Shown: piece by piece, positions 19,202 to 29,061 of the stretch
How the letters are laid out: the number at the start of each line of letters is the position of its first letter
Position numbering within the stretch: position 1 is the stretch's first letter
Source of the DNA: Polyangia bacterium
GTDB lineage: Bacteria; Myxococcota_A; Polyangia; Palsa-1104; SHYY01
Direction: 5' to 3'
NCBI GenBank assembly: GCA_036263495.1
Contig: DATAGU010000153.1
Coordinates: 4,611-68,610 of the forward strand
Length of the DNA stretch: 64,000 bases
The notes under the pieces: generated by a model
Seen by the model: only the letters and a program-made list of their open reading frames with translations
Told to the model about the DNA's origin: nothing
Databases searched by the model: none
Made by a program: the position numbers and the translations under genes

Positions 19202-21589
19202 CTACTTCGCGATGAAGACGGCGAGGCCGCGGGCGCAGAGGCCGTAGGTCGTGAACTCGCCACCGATGAAGGTCTCCGAGCCGGGCGACGCCACCTGGTT
19301 CGCGCCTTCGGCGAAGGGACAGGTGTCGGTCACGCGGTACCAGCTCTTGCCGTTGAAGGGCCACGGCAGCGTGAAGTTCACGTTGCCCGACCAGCCGTTG
19401 TAGGCGATGTAGATCGCCGCCGCCGTGTCACCGAACTCGGTGCCGTCGATGCGCCAGGCGATGGCGTGCTGGTTCGGGTCGTTGAAGAACGTGGAGTCGG
19501 CCACCGAGCCGTCGGCCTTGAACCAGCGCAGCTGCTCCATCACGTTGCCGTTGTTGTCGACGCCGCTGTAGAAGTTGACCGGGCGCAGCGCCGGGTGCGC
19601 CTTGCGGAAGGCGACGAGCCGCTGCGTGAAGGTCTTGAAGTTCGTCTGATCGGTGTTGAGCGAGTAGTTCAGCCAGTTGGCGCTCGAGTCGACGTTGTAG
19701 GGGTTGTTGTTGCAGTTGATCGAGCGCAGCATCTCGTCGCCGCCCGTGAACATGGGCGTGCCCGCGCTGAGCAGGAGGAACGAGAGGCCGTTGCGCGCCG
19801 CCTTGCGCTGGTCGGCGGCGATGCCGCCCTGATCCCAGCTGTAGTTGGTGTCGTTGCCGCCGTCCGAGGGGCCGTAGGGCCACGTCTGGTTGTTGTTCTT
19901 GCCGTTGCAGGAGTAGAGATCCTTCAGCGTGAAGCCATCGTGGGCCACCATGAAGTTGATGGAGTTCCACGGGCGGCGGCCGTCGTCGCCGTAGAGGTCC
20001 GAGGAGCCGGCGAACCGGTTGGCCAGCTCCCCCGGGGTCACGCTCACGGTGCCGAGCTGATTCTGATCCTCGCGCAGCGAGTCGCGGTAGGTCCCGTTCC
20101 ACTCCGACCAACCGGCCGGGAAGTTGCCCACCTGGAACGAGTTGCCACCGATGGCCCAGGGCTCGGCGATGAAGTCCGTGCCCGTGCCGCCGCCGGCCGG
20201 CCGCGCGGGGAGGTCCCGCACGATGCGGTTGAGCGCCGTGCCCGAGTCGAGCTTGTTGTAGTTGTAGCAGCCGACCGTGCAGGTGTTGCCGAGGACCGAC
20301 GCGAGGTCGAAGCGGAAGCCGTCGATGCCCAGGCTGTCCTGGAAGTAGGCCAGCGAGTGGACAATCATGTCCTGCGCCACCGGCTTGTAGGTGTTGTAGT
20401 TACCGCCGACGCCGGTGTTGTCGTAGTAGAACTGCTTGTCGCTCGTGAGCTCGTAGTAGGTCGGGTTGTCGAGGCCACGGAAGGACATCACGTTGGCCGT
20501 CGAGGAGTCGCTGCCGTTCCACAGGCCACCCTCGCCCGTGTGGTTGTAGACCGCGTCGATGAAGACCTTGATGCCATTGTCGTGGAAGGCCTTGACCATG
20601 GCCTTGAACTCACGCGTCGGGCCGCCGGCCGACTTGTCGGCGGCGTAGCGGCGGTCCGGGGAGAAGTAATTGAGCGTCGCGTAGCCCCAGTAGTTGTCGC
20701 CCGAGGTGCTGGTCGCGTTGACGTCGTTGGCGTCGTTATCGGCCTCCTGCACCGGGAGGAACTCGACGGCGGTGACGCCCAGGCTGGCGAGGGCCGGGGC
20801 CTTGAGCGCCGCGCCCTGGTAGGTGCCGCGGTAGGCCGCGGTGATGCTGCTGTCGTTCTCGGTCAGGCCGCGGACGTGCACCTCATAGATGATGTCGTCC
20901 TTGAGCGCGCGGGTCGGCTTGGTGCCGAAGCTGGTCGTGTCCGGGGCGAGCACGATGCCCTTGGGCGCGTACGTGCCGCTGTCGAGGTTGCGATAGCTCG
21001 GGCCGCTGGCGAAGAACGTGCCGTTGGTGTTGCTCGGGTTGTTGGGGTCGTGGCTGAGCTCGCGGGCGTAGGGATCGTAGAGCAGCTTGTTCGGGTTGAA
21101 GCGGTTGCCGTTCGCGTCCACGTCGGAGATGAAGCCGGTGCCCGTGCCCTTGGTCCAGCTCGACGAGTAGGGCCAGTTCGGGCCCCAGGCGCGGTAGCCG
21201 TAGTAGACCGCGCCCGTGATGCCGTAGGTGTTCTGCAGCGTGGCGACCGAGACCGTGGTGCTCCACACGTTGGTGGTGGTGTTCTTGGTCAGGACGTACT
21301 TGGCCGCCTCCTGGGCGCCAAACGCGGTCTTGTAAAGCCACACCTCGATCCGGGTGGCCGCCGAAGAATAGACATTGAACGTGATGTTGCTCTTGGTGGC
21401 GTCATAGTTGGCGCCGAGGGTCCAGGTGACCGCCGACTGCGGCGCCTGGTCCACGGCCTCCACGGCCTCGGGCAGCGGGCCGCAGCTGCTCGCGAGGAGG
21501 ATTCCGGCGAGCGCGCCGCAGCGCACGCCGAGCCAGCGTCTGGTCTGACCGCTGAGCCAGGGGAAGAGGGCTTTGTCTTCACGGTTCAT
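19202..21589 (-). CDS. Secreted isoamylase-type glycogen/amylopectin debranching enzyme (GH13_11)
   Basis: 795 aa. Signal peptide, an N-terminal CBM48-like domain, and GH13 regions VFIDAVYNHTGEG, GIDGFRFDLASV, AEPW and MVAHDG. Confidence 0.85.
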   Translation of the reverse strand: MNREDKALFPWLSGQTRRWLGVRCGALAGILLASSCGPLPEAVEAVDQAPQSAVTWTLGANYDATKSNITFNVYSSAATRIEVWLYKTAFGAQEAAKYVLTKNTTTNVWSTTVSVATLQNTYGITGAVYYGYRAWGPNWPYSSSWTKGTGTGFISDVDANGNRFNPNKLLYDPYARELSHDPNNPSNTNGTFFASGPSYRNLDSGTYAPKGIVLAPDTTSFGTKPTRALKDDIIYEVHVRGLTENDSSITAAYRGTYQGAALKAPALASLGVTAVEFLPVQEADNDANDVNATSTSGDNYWGYATLNYFSPDRRYAADKSAGGPTREFKAMVKAFHDNGIKVFIDAVYNHTGEGGLWNGSDSSTANVMSFRGLDNPTYYELTSDKQFYYDNTGVGGNYNTYKPVAQDMIVHSLAYFQDSLGIDGFRFDLASVLGNTCTVGCYNYNKLDSGTALNRIVRDLPARPAGGGTGTDFIAEPWAIGGNSFQVGNFPAGWSEWNGTYRDSLREDQNQLGTVSVTPGELANRFAGSSDLYGDDGRRPWNSINFMVAHDGFTLKDLYSCNGKNNNQTWPYGPSDGGNDTNYSWDQGGIAADQRKAARNGLSFLLLSAGTPMFTGGDEMLRSINCNNNPYNVDSSANWLNYSLNTDQTNFKTFTQRLVAFRKAHPALRPVNFYSGVDNNGNVMEQLRWFKADGSVADSTFFNDPNQHAIAWRIDGTEFGDTAAAIYIAYNGWSGNVNFTLPWPFNGKSWYRVTDTCPFAEGANQVASPGSETFIGGEFTTYGLCARGLAVFIAK

Positions 21590-21711
21590 GTTGAACTCCT
21601 GGGAGGTGAAAGGATGACGAGGCGGGAGACCGCCGGATCCCTGTTGTGCGTCGGCCGTGCACTATACCGATCTCAAATCGGGAGCAAGTATTTCATGCAT
21701 GCACCCCAATC

Positions 21712-21752
21712 GTAAGTGCAGTATCGCTCCTCAGCCAATGTAAGTGCAGTAT
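21712..21752. promoter_or_regulatory. 13-bp direct repeat GTAAGTGCAGTAT x2 in the divergent isoamylase / alpha-amylase promoter region
   Basis: Copies at 21712-21724 and 21740-21752. A CATGCATG palindrome lies at ~21695. The intergenic region is relatively AT-rich. Confidence 0.3.
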
Positions 21753-22062
21753 GGCCACTCACGAATAATGCTACTCATCCGCGGCAAAGCATTCCGCCGC
21801 CGACCTCCTCCCCACCGGGATTCGATGTCCGCTGAACAATTCCAGCGAGGACCGCTACCAGCGCGGATGAAATGAGCCGTTTTCGCGCAGACTCATAGAA
21901 GCCTCCCCACACAACACGCATTCCGACGAACGCGCGCTCTGTAAGAAGGCCAAACCTCATCTTTCGCTACACGGAGGCAAGAGTTTGTTGCGCTCAGCGG
22001 GAACGCCATGTTAACGGCCTCCGCTACGCCTCGGGTCCTCACAAAGAAGAGGCCGGACCCTC

Positions 22063-23757
22063 ATGTCCTCTGTATTGCAAGTGGAAAGGAATCAGATGAA
22101 CATCACGGCTTATTGTTACAATTGTGTTACGCGCCTCTCATCAGCCCTCCCGGCCCTGTTCTGGCTATGCCTGGCGAGCGCCGGCTGCGCCGACCCCAGC
22201 AGCCCGACCCGCCTGACCCCCTCCCGCGAGGCCCAGGCCACCCAGCAGAACCAGGCCAGCAGCGCCATCCTCCTCCAGGGCTTCCACTGGAACTCCTGGA
22301 GCTACAGCGGCCCGAACTGGTACGTCCGCCTCCAGAACAACGCCGCCGACATCGCCTCCCTCGGCTTCACCCACGTGTGGTTCCCGCCCCCCAGCAACTC
22401 GGCGGCCCGCGAAGGGTACCTCCCGCGCGAGCTCAACCTCCTCGACTCCTCTTACGGCAGCGAGACCGATCTGCGCGCCGCCATCTCCGCCCTCTCGTCC
22501 CGGGGCGTCAAGTCCGTCGCCGACATCGTCGTCAACCACCGCGTCGGCGACACCGGCTACTACGACTTCCAGAACCCCGCCTGGGGCACGAGCGCCATCG
22601 TCAGCAACGACGAGTGCAACTGCGGCACCGGCGCCGCCGACAGCGGCTACGGCTACGGCTCCGCGCGCGACCTCGACCACAGCCAGTCCATCGTGCAGAC
22701 CGGCATCACCTCCTGGCTCAACAACCGCCTCAAGGCCGTCGGCTTCACCGGCCTCCGCTTCGACATCGCCAACGGCTACGCCCCGAGCTACGCCAAGACC
22801 TACCACGACGCCTTCGCCCCCGACTTCTGCGTCGGCGAGGTGTGGCCCACCCTCGATCTCAACAACGTCGACGCCAACCGCCAGGCCATCATCAACTGGG
22901 TCGACGGCACCCAGGGCACCTGCGGCGCCTTCGACTTCACCACCAAGGGCCTCCTCAACCAGGCCCTCGCCTACGGCGAATACGGGCGCCTGCGCGACGC
23001 CACCGGCAAACCCGCCGGCACCATTGGGTGGTGGGCGCAAAAGAGCGTCACCTTCGTCGACAACCACGACACCGGCCCGAACGAGACCTGCAACAGCGGC
23101 CAGCGCCTCTGGCCCGTGCCCTGCGACAAGGTGATGCAGGGCTACGCCTACGTCCTCACCCACCCCGGCATCCCGTCCGTCTACTACCCGCACCTCTACG
23201 ACTGGGGCCTCAAGACCGCCATCAAGGCCCTCATCGACGTGCGCCGCGCGCAGGGCATCACCTCCACCTCGACCATCTCCATCCAGAGCGCCCAGCAGGG
23301 CCTCTACGCCGCCATCATCAACGACAACACCGCCGTCAAGATCGGCCCCAACGCCTGGACCCCCGGCGCCGGCTGGACCCTCGCCGCCTCGGGCACCGAC
23401 TACGCCGTATGGACCAAGAGCACGACCCCCTGCACCGTGCCCATCACCTTCACCATCGCCAACGCCAACACCAGCCTGGGCCAGAGCCTCTACGTCGTCG
23501 GCAACCAGACCGCGCTCGGCAACTGGACCCCGGCCCAGGGCTTCAAGCTCACCATCCAGGGCAGCGGCGCCAACGTCCCCTGGAGCGGCACCGTGCAGCT
23601 GCCCGCCGCCACCGCCATCCAGTACAAGTACGTGAAGTACAACGGCTCGACGGCCGTGTGGGAGTCGAACGCGCCCACGACGAGCGGCAACCGCGAGCTC
23701 ACCACCGCCGCGTGCGGCGGCTCGAACACCCAGAACGACGGCAACTTCCGCTTCTGA
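22063..23757 (+). CDS. Alpha-amylase (GH13, plant/archaeal-like subfamily) with a C-terminal CBM20 starch-binding domain; probable lipoprotein
   Basis: LLQGFHWNSW, DIVVNHR, GLRFDIANGY, GEVW and FVDNHD motifs. The C-terminal ~100 aa resemble CBM20 (LGNW...YKYV). An alternative start is MNITAY at 22096 (signal LCLASAGC). Confidence 0.88.
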   Translation: MSSVLQVERNQMNITAYCYNCVTRLSSALPALFWLCLASAGCADPSSPTRLTPSREAQATQQNQASSAILLQGFHWNSWSYSGPNWYVRLQNNAADIASLGFTHVWFPPPSNSAAREGYLPRELNLLDSSYGSETDLRAAISALSSRGVKSVADIVVNHRVGDTGYYDFQNPAWGTSAIVSNDECNCGTGAADSGYGYGSARDLDHSQSIVQTGITSWLNNRLKAVGFTGLRFDIANGYAPSYAKTYHDAFAPDFCVGEVWPTLDLNNVDANRQAIINWVDGTQGTCGAFDFTTKGLLNQALAYGEYGRLRDATGKPAGTIGWWAQKSVTFVDNHDTGPNETCNSGQRLWPVPCDKVMQGYAYVLTHPGIPSVYYPHLYDWGLKTAIKALIDVRRAQGITSTSTISIQSAQQGLYAAIINDNTAVKIGPNAWTPGAGWTLAASGTDYAVWTKSTTPCTVPITFTIANANTSLGQSLYVVGNQTALGNWTPAQGFKLTIQGSGANVPWSGTVQLPAATAIQYKYVKYNGSTAVWESNAPTTSGNRELTTAACGGSNTQNDGNFRF

Positions 23758-23763
23758 TGCGGA

Positions 23764-26121
23764 TCACCTCGCGTCGTTGAGGAGCACCGTCACGCCGGCC
23801 TCATACGTCGCCACGGCCAGATCCGGCTTCCGGTCGCCGTTGAAGTCTGCCACCGCCACGCCGAAGGCCCCGGGCCCAGCGACGAAGAGACCCGGCGGCG
23901 GCCGAAACGCGCCCCTCCCGTCCCCGCGGAGGATCACCACGTCGTTGTTCCACGCCCGACTCGCGACCAGGTCCACCTGGCCATCCCCGTCGAAATCCCC
24001 GGCCGCCAGCGAGACCGGCAGCGCCCCGCCGGGATAGCCCACCGACGCCCGGAACGTCCCGTCCCCGACGCCGAGGAGCACCTGCACCGTGAAGTCGGTG
24101 TTGGCGAAGAACACGAACGACGTGCTGTGATCGGCCACGGCGAGGTCGTCCTTGCCGTCGCCGTTGAAGTCCCCCACCACCAGCGACGCCGGATGCACGC
24201 CCGCGGCATAGGAGACCGCCTCCTGAAATAGCCCACCCCCCATGCCGAGGCGCACGCTCACGTCGTGACCATCGTAGTTGGCGACGGCCAGATCGAGCCG
24301 CCGGTCGCCATTGAAGTCGCCCACGGCCACGGCCTTCGGCCCCAGGCCGGCGGGATGATGAACCGCCGCCTGGAACGCGCCGCCCCCGGCGCCGAGGAGC
24401 ACGCTCACGTCGTTCCCATCCGAGTTGGCGACGACGAGATCGACCCTGCCGTCGCCGTCGAGATCCCCGAGCGCCACCGAAGACGGACGCATCCCCGTGG
24501 CATAGGCCCGGGCGGCCGCGAAGCCGCCGCCCCCCGTGCCGAGGAGCACGCTCACGTCGTCACTGGCCCCGTTGGTCACCGCGAGATCCGCCGCCCCGTC
24601 GCCGTTCACGTCCCCCACGGCCACGAACGACGGCTCGCGGCCGGCGGCATGGCTCACCGCGGGCCGGAACGAGCCGTCCCCTGCGCCGACCAGCACGCTC
24701 ACGTCGTCGCTCCCGGCGTTGGCCACGACCACATCGGCCTGGCCGTCGCCGTCGAGGTCCCCCGCCGCCACGGACGACGGCTTCAGGCCCGCGGCATGGT
24801 TCACGTCCCTCGGGAAGGATCCGCCCCCCGTGCCGAGGAACACGCTCACGCTGTTGCTGCTGCTGTTGGCGACGGCGAGGTCGGCCCGGCCATCGCGATT
24901 GACGTCGCCGATCACCACCGCGTACGGGACCAGGCCGGCCGTGTAATGGACCGCCGGCGCGAACGAGCCGGTCCCGCCGTTCATCAGCACGCTCACGTCG
25001 CCGCCACCGACGTTGGCGACCGCGAGATCGTCCTTGCCGTCGCCATCCAGATCCCCCGCCGCCACGAACTGCGGGCGGGCGCCGGCCGCATATTCGGCGG
25101 CGGGGTCGAACCGACCGCTCCCCGTGCCGAGCAGCACCTTCACCCCGCTCCCCTGGTCGGCGAAGAGGTCGGCGTAGGCGACCGCGATGTCGTCATGGCC
25201 GTCGCCATTGAAGTCCCCCACCGCCACCGAGATCGGCTTCGGGCCCGCCGGGTAGTGGCTGGCGTCCTCGAAGGCGCCGTGCCCCGTGCCGAGGAGCACG
25301 GCCACCCCGTCGCCGGTCTCCACGCCATCCTCGTAGGCCACGGCGAGGTCGGCCTTGCCGTCGCCATTGAAGTCCCCCACCGCCGCCGCCACCGGGTTGA
25401 CGCCGGCGGGGTAGGGGACCGCGGCCAGGAGAGACCCGTCCCCGGCGCCGAGCCGCACGCTCACGGCCGGCGGACCGGCGGCGACGAGATCGTCCTTGCC
25501 ATCGCCGTTGAAGTCCGCCACCGCCAGGGCGTAGGGCACGGTGCCGCCGGGGTAGTCGACAGGCGCCCGGAAGGATCCGTCCCCCGTGCCGAGCAGGACG
25601 CTCACGCCGTCGCCCCCCACGGCGAGGTCGGCCTTGCCGTCGCCGTTGAAGTCCGCCACCGCCAGGGAGCGCGCGCCGAAGCTCACGTCGTGATGGACGG
25701 GGAGCAGGAACGCTCCGCTCCCCGTGCCGAGGAGCACGCTCACGTCGTGGCTCCCGTAGTTCGCGGTGACGAGGTCGATGTGGCCGTCGCTATTGAAGTC
25801 GCCGAGGGCGATGGCCCGGGGGGTCACGCCGGCCGGATAGTTCCGGCCCACCGGGCCGAAGCTTAGAGGCGTCGTCTGGGCGACGCACTGGCGCAGCGTC
25901 GTCCCTGCCATCTGCGCGGCGGGCGCACACACGCCGCTCTCGCAGTCGGCGCTTGTACGGCAACTGTGGCCTTCGCCACAGCGCGAGCAAGGGCCGCCAC
26001 AATCTACGTCGATCTCGTCGCCGTCGAGGAGGCCGTTGCGGCACGAGTCCTTCTTCGAAGAGCAGCCGAGCATCCCGGCGCACACCCCGACCAGGACAAC
26101 GGCGATACGGAATGTCTTCAC
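23764..26121 (-). CDS. FG-GAP/VCBS repeat lipoprotein (beta-propeller) with an N-terminal Cys-rich module
   Basis: MKTFRIAVVLVGVCAGMLGCSS lipobox; more than 12 repeats of GDFNGDGKADLAV...VSVLLG. Confidence 0.8.
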   Translation of the reverse strand: MKTFRIAVVLVGVCAGMLGCSSKKDSCRNGLLDGDEIDVDCGGPCSRCGEGHSCRTSADCESGVCAPAAQMAGTTLRQCVAQTTPLSFGPVGRNYPAGVTPRAIALGDFNSDGHIDLVTANYGSHDVSVLLGTGSGAFLLPVHHDVSFGARSLAVADFNGDGKADLAVGGDGVSVLLGTGDGSFRAPVDYPGGTVPYALAVADFNGDGKDDLVAAGPPAVSVRLGAGDGSLLAAVPYPAGVNPVAAAVGDFNGDGKADLAVAYEDGVETGDGVAVLLGTGHGAFEDASHYPAGPKPISVAVGDFNGDGHDDIAVAYADLFADQGSGVKVLLGTGSGRFDPAAEYAAGARPQFVAAGDLDGDGKDDLAVANVGGGDVSVLMNGGTGSFAPAVHYTAGLVPYAVVIGDVNRDGRADLAVANSSSNSVSVFLGTGGGSFPRDVNHAAGLKPSSVAAGDLDGDGQADVVVANAGSDDVSVLVGAGDGSFRPAVSHAAGREPSFVAVGDVNGDGAADLAVTNGASDDVSVLLGTGGGGFAAARAYATGMRPSSVALGDLDGDGRVDLVVANSDGNDVSVLLGAGGGAFQAAVHHPAGLGPKAVAVGDFNGDRRLDLAVANYDGHDVSVRLGMGGGLFQEAVSYAAGVHPASLVVGDFNGDGKDDLAVADHSTSFVFFANTDFTVQVLLGVGDGTFRASVGYPGGALPVSLAAGDFDGDGQVDLVASRAWNNDVVILRGDGRGAFRPPPGLFVAGPGAFGVAVADFNGDRKPDLAVATYEAGVTVLLNDAR

Positions 26122-26482
26122 CGTGAGACCCCTTCACCCGAGCAGCGGTAGGTCGCTGCTTCTATGCTCAAGCAGCATCGATGCCAGTCACCGCGCGGCC
26201 TCTGATGTGCAGGGTCGCTCCGCGCTCTGGGGTCCTCGGCCCACGCTGATGTCGCTGGGCCGAGCGGTGCTCCAGTTGCCTGCGGAGTCGCGCTCCGGAC
26301 CCTGCACATCAGAGGCCTCGCACACGCTCGGCAGGATCGTACGGGGAGCCGTATCTGCGACGGCGATTCAGGACGTCGCGCGCGGTGCGTGCGGGACGGG
26401 GGCAGCGGCTGGAGCGGGCGTTGTGCTTTTTTGAAGGGCCTCAGGGGGGGCGAGGCCTGCCGCGTCCGACGGCGGAGTGGTT

Positions 26483-26950
26483 CTATCCCTTTTCCATGGG
26501 GTCCCCGTGTTCGGCGCCGGGATAGATGTATACGACGGACAATTCTTCGTCCCGACGCGCGCCGGTCTTTGCGTACAGCGCCTGTGCCGCCAGGTTCCCT
26601 GCGCCCGTGAGGACGAACGCTTCATGCAGCCCTTCGGCCGCGACGATCTCACGCACATGCGTCATCAGACGCATGCCGACGCCGCATCGACGTGCATCGG
26701 CTGCCACATCCACCTCATACACGAACAATTGGGCCGGACGCTGGTCGATCCGTTCCAGGCGGTAGGCCCAGACAAAGCCGAGCAACCGTCCCGCCGATTC
26801 GGCGACGAGCAGATAGTGCGCGGGGTTCGCGAGCAGCTGGGCCGCGTACTCGATCGAGACCTGCGCCGATTTGTGAGCGGCGGCCACGGCCACGAGCAAG
26901 CGCTCGTCGCCAGGCGCCAGTCTGCGAGTGCAAACTTGCATGAGCTTCAT
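26483..26950 (-). CDS. GNAT family N-acetyltransferase
   Basis: RRCGVGMRLMTHV (Q/RxxGxG/A acetyl-CoA motif). Confidence 0.7.
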   Translation of the reverse strand: MKLMQVCTRRLAPGDERLLVAVAAAHKSAQVSIEYAAQLLANPAHYLLVAESAGRLLGFVWAYRLERIDQRPAQLFVYEVDVAADARRCGVGMRLMTHVREIVAAEGLHEAFVLTGAGNLAAQALYAKTGARRDEELSVVYIYPGAEHGDPMEKG

Positions 26951-27065
26951 GTGCCACGATCCGCGTCTTCAGAGAAGCGCGGCTCCGCCCACGTCGCCAG
27001 GCCATGCCCCACCGCCATGCGATGGTCAGGAGAGTGAGAGTCTAACGAGCTGGCAGAAAGGCATG
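26951..27065 (-). pseudogene. Duplicated toxin leader plus the first ~18 toxin codons, fused directly upstream of the GNAT gene
   Basis: 27006-27060 matches 29062-29120 and 61932-61975 (..catgcgatggtcaggagagYgagagtct..). It encodes MAWRRGRSRASLKTRIVAH (compare MALRRWRTLSCIRQHSL of the intact toxin), then shifts frame into GNAT. Confidence 0.5.
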
Positions 27066-27094
27066 TTTCGCGGGAGCGGGCGTGAGTGCGGGCG

Positions 27095-27673
27095 TTACTC
27101 GCCGACCGGCTTGAAGTAGGCGCCGACCAGGCCCTTGTCTTCGACCAGCGCCTTGAACTCGGCGGAGACCAGGTCGTGAAGCAGGCACTGCTTGCATTTG
27201 AAGAGATGGTGGCCGTCGGTGCTGCCGGGTTTGAAAGCATACTCTTCGACGATCATGATTTCCCCATCGGAATACCGCCGGACCTTCGAGCGCTCTTCAT
27301 CTAGGCAATCGACGATGTCGAGTATGTTCACAACCTGGAAGCGCCCAGGCCCATCGTGGGCGAGTGGTAAGAGTTCAATCCCGTCGCCGATAAGGGGTGC
27401 CAAGACCTCTGCCGCGCGATTTGAGAGAGCCAGACCATGACCCATGAGACCGATGAAGTCGACGGGCTTGCCGCGATTCTGCCGCACTGTGGCCCGCGTC
27501 CACTCCATGGGCACGGGTTCCCACCAGTCTGCACAGCGTACGCCCTCTGACAGCCTCCCGAAGATTGGAGACCATCCGCCAGGCCGGGATCCTAGAACGG
27601 TCAGCAGGTCATCGTGCTTATCTGGATTTGGATCCAGACGAAAAATCTTCGGCGGTGGAGAACTTTGGATCAT
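27095..27673 (-). CDS. Putative immunity protein for the adjacent AHH-nuclease toxin
   Basis: The ATG overlaps the toxin's TGA as ATGA (27670-27673). 192 aa, no signal peptide. Homologous 3' fragments recur at 59398-59652. Confidence 0.5.
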   Translation of the reverse strand: MIQSSPPPKIFRLDPNPDKHDDLLTVLGSRPGGWSPIFGRLSEGVRCADWWEPVPMEWTRATVRQNRGKPVDFIGLMGHGLALSNRAAEVLAPLIGDGIELLPLAHDGPGRFQVVNILDIVDCLDEERSKVRRYSDGEIMIVEEYAFKPGSTDGHHLFKCKQCLLHDLVSAEFKALVEDKGLVGAYFKPVGE

Positions 27674-29061
27674 GGAGGAAATGCTCCGTTCTGTATCTGT
27701 TGTGCAATGTCCCGCAACGCCTCGATCATCTTGGCACGCTGACCACTCCTCTCGGCCCGCAGGAGGCGAAAAAAAACTTCTCGAATCGCCGCCTTCATAT
27801 GGAGCCCGCGCCCCACATGCTGGCTCTGTGTCAGCACGACACCATTGTCCACGCTGTTGACGTCGATGCCGAACCGATCGAGGATTTCGCGTGCATCCTC
27901 CGCCTCGCGGTGCGTGCTTGGGACGATATGGTGTACTGCCTCGCTGGAGGCCAATTTCCTCCCGAGTTTCTTCTCGAGTGCTGCGCGTAGTCGGTCGGCA
28001 TTGGCGGATGTATCCCACTGCTGCGTCGAGGTGAAGCCGGGCGGCCGGCTACCACCGCCGCCAACCGAGTTGGTGCCGCGCAATCCCTGGGCGCGTGCCG
28101 TCTGCGCCGGCGTGAGTTCGCGTAGCGCGACATGAAGCATGGCCGCCGCCTGACCCATCCGGCGAGCTTCCACGAGCGCCCAGACCTCGACTTCGCTGAG
28201 CGCCAACGTCCTCGCCGTGGCTCCCGTGCCGATGACGAGCGCCAACGGGCCGCCGCCCGCACTGGTGGCGGTGACGGCCCAATACGCTTGCCCCATGCCC
28301 GGCCCTTGGGATGCCCCACGCCGCAGGAAGTCCACCAGCCGCCCGAGCCCCGACAGGTTCCCGAGTTCCTTGAGGAGCTCCGGGCCATGACCCACCAGCC
28401 GGGCGGCCGTCCACGCGGTACTGACCAGCGCCGCGGCCTGGATGCCGGCGTTGCCGGTCGCGATGCCCTTGATGGTGTCGACGAGGCTCTCCGTCTTGCG
28501 CCAGGCATCGGCGTGCAGCCTCCGCGCCTCGTCCGGCGCACGGTCCATCCAGAAGGGATCCTGTCTGAGTTCGCGGAAGCCGCGCCAGGTGAGGTCGAGC
28601 GCGCCGGTGTCGTAGTCGTTGCTGAGGTTGATTTTGACCGGCGGTGAACCGGCGCCAGGGCTGCGCTCGCACAAGAGGACCGAGAGGTTGAAGGAGGCGA
28701 AATCTCGGCCGTAGGCGATGGCCCGCCGGAGAGCGGCCTGGGCCTCGGGTCCAGCATCGGGCACATCGCCGAGCAGGGAGGCCAGATACTCAAGATGCTG
28801 ATCGAGGGTCTCGTAGTGGGTCTTCCAGGAACCAGTGAAGTAGGGCGCGACCTCCTGAAGCATGAGCGACATGCCGAGGAGATCCCGCCCGAGGTCTTCC
28901 AAGGGCGGTGGGACGCTGCCATCCGAGAAGGCGAGACTGGGCGGCGGCTCGGCCAAGGCGGGCCTGCTCGCAGCAAGGCATCCGAGGACCATGAGCCAGC
29001 GCCAGCCAACAAGAGAATGCTGGCGTATGCAGGAAAGGGTTCGCCAACGTCGCAAGGCCAT
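27670..29061 (-). CDS. Secreted polymorphic-toxin-like protein with a C-terminal AHH (HNH/EndoVII-fold) nuclease domain
   Basis: Sec signal MALRRWRTLSCIRQHSLVGWRWLMVLGCLAASRPALA|EPP, and a C-terminal AHHIVPSTHREAEDAREILDRFGIDVNSVDNGVVLTQSQHVGRGLHMKA motif. Confidence 0.65.
   Translation of the reverse strand: MALRRWRTLSCIRQHSLVGWRWLMVLGCLAASRPALAEPPPSLAFSDGSVPPPLEDLGRDLLGMSLMLQEVAPYFTGSWKTHYETLDQHLEYLASLLGDVPDAGPEAQAALRRAIAYGRDFASFNLSVLLCERSPGAGSPPVKINLSNDYDTGALDLTWRGFRELRQDPFWMDRAPDEARRLHADAWRKTESLVDTIKGIATGNAGIQAAALVSTAWTAARLVGHGPELLKELGNLSGLGRLVDFLRRGASQGPGMGQAYWAVTATSAGGGPLALVIGTGATARTLALSEVEVWALVEARRMGQAAAMLHVALRELTPAQTARAQGLRGTNSVGGGGSRPPGFTSTQQWDTSANADRLRAALEKKLGRKLASSEAVHHIVPSTHREAEDAREILDRFGIDVNSVDNGVVLTQSQHVGRGLHMKAAIREVFFRLLRAERSGQRAKMIEALRDIAQQIQNGAFPP

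Noticed and set aside
19016-21715. 899-aa + ORF (and 19428..20111, 20883..21341)
   Set aside because: Antisense or frame-shifted relative to the isoamylase gene with clear GH13 motifs.
22008-23780. 590-aa + ORF in an alternative frame of the amylase gene, and 22165..23193 minus
   Set aside because: Arg/Pro-rich artefacts. The frame starting at 22063 carries all GH13 motifs and the CBM20.
24265-25866. 533-aa + ORF
   Set aside because: Antisense to the FG-GAP repeat lipoprotein; translation is a periodic artefact of the repeats.
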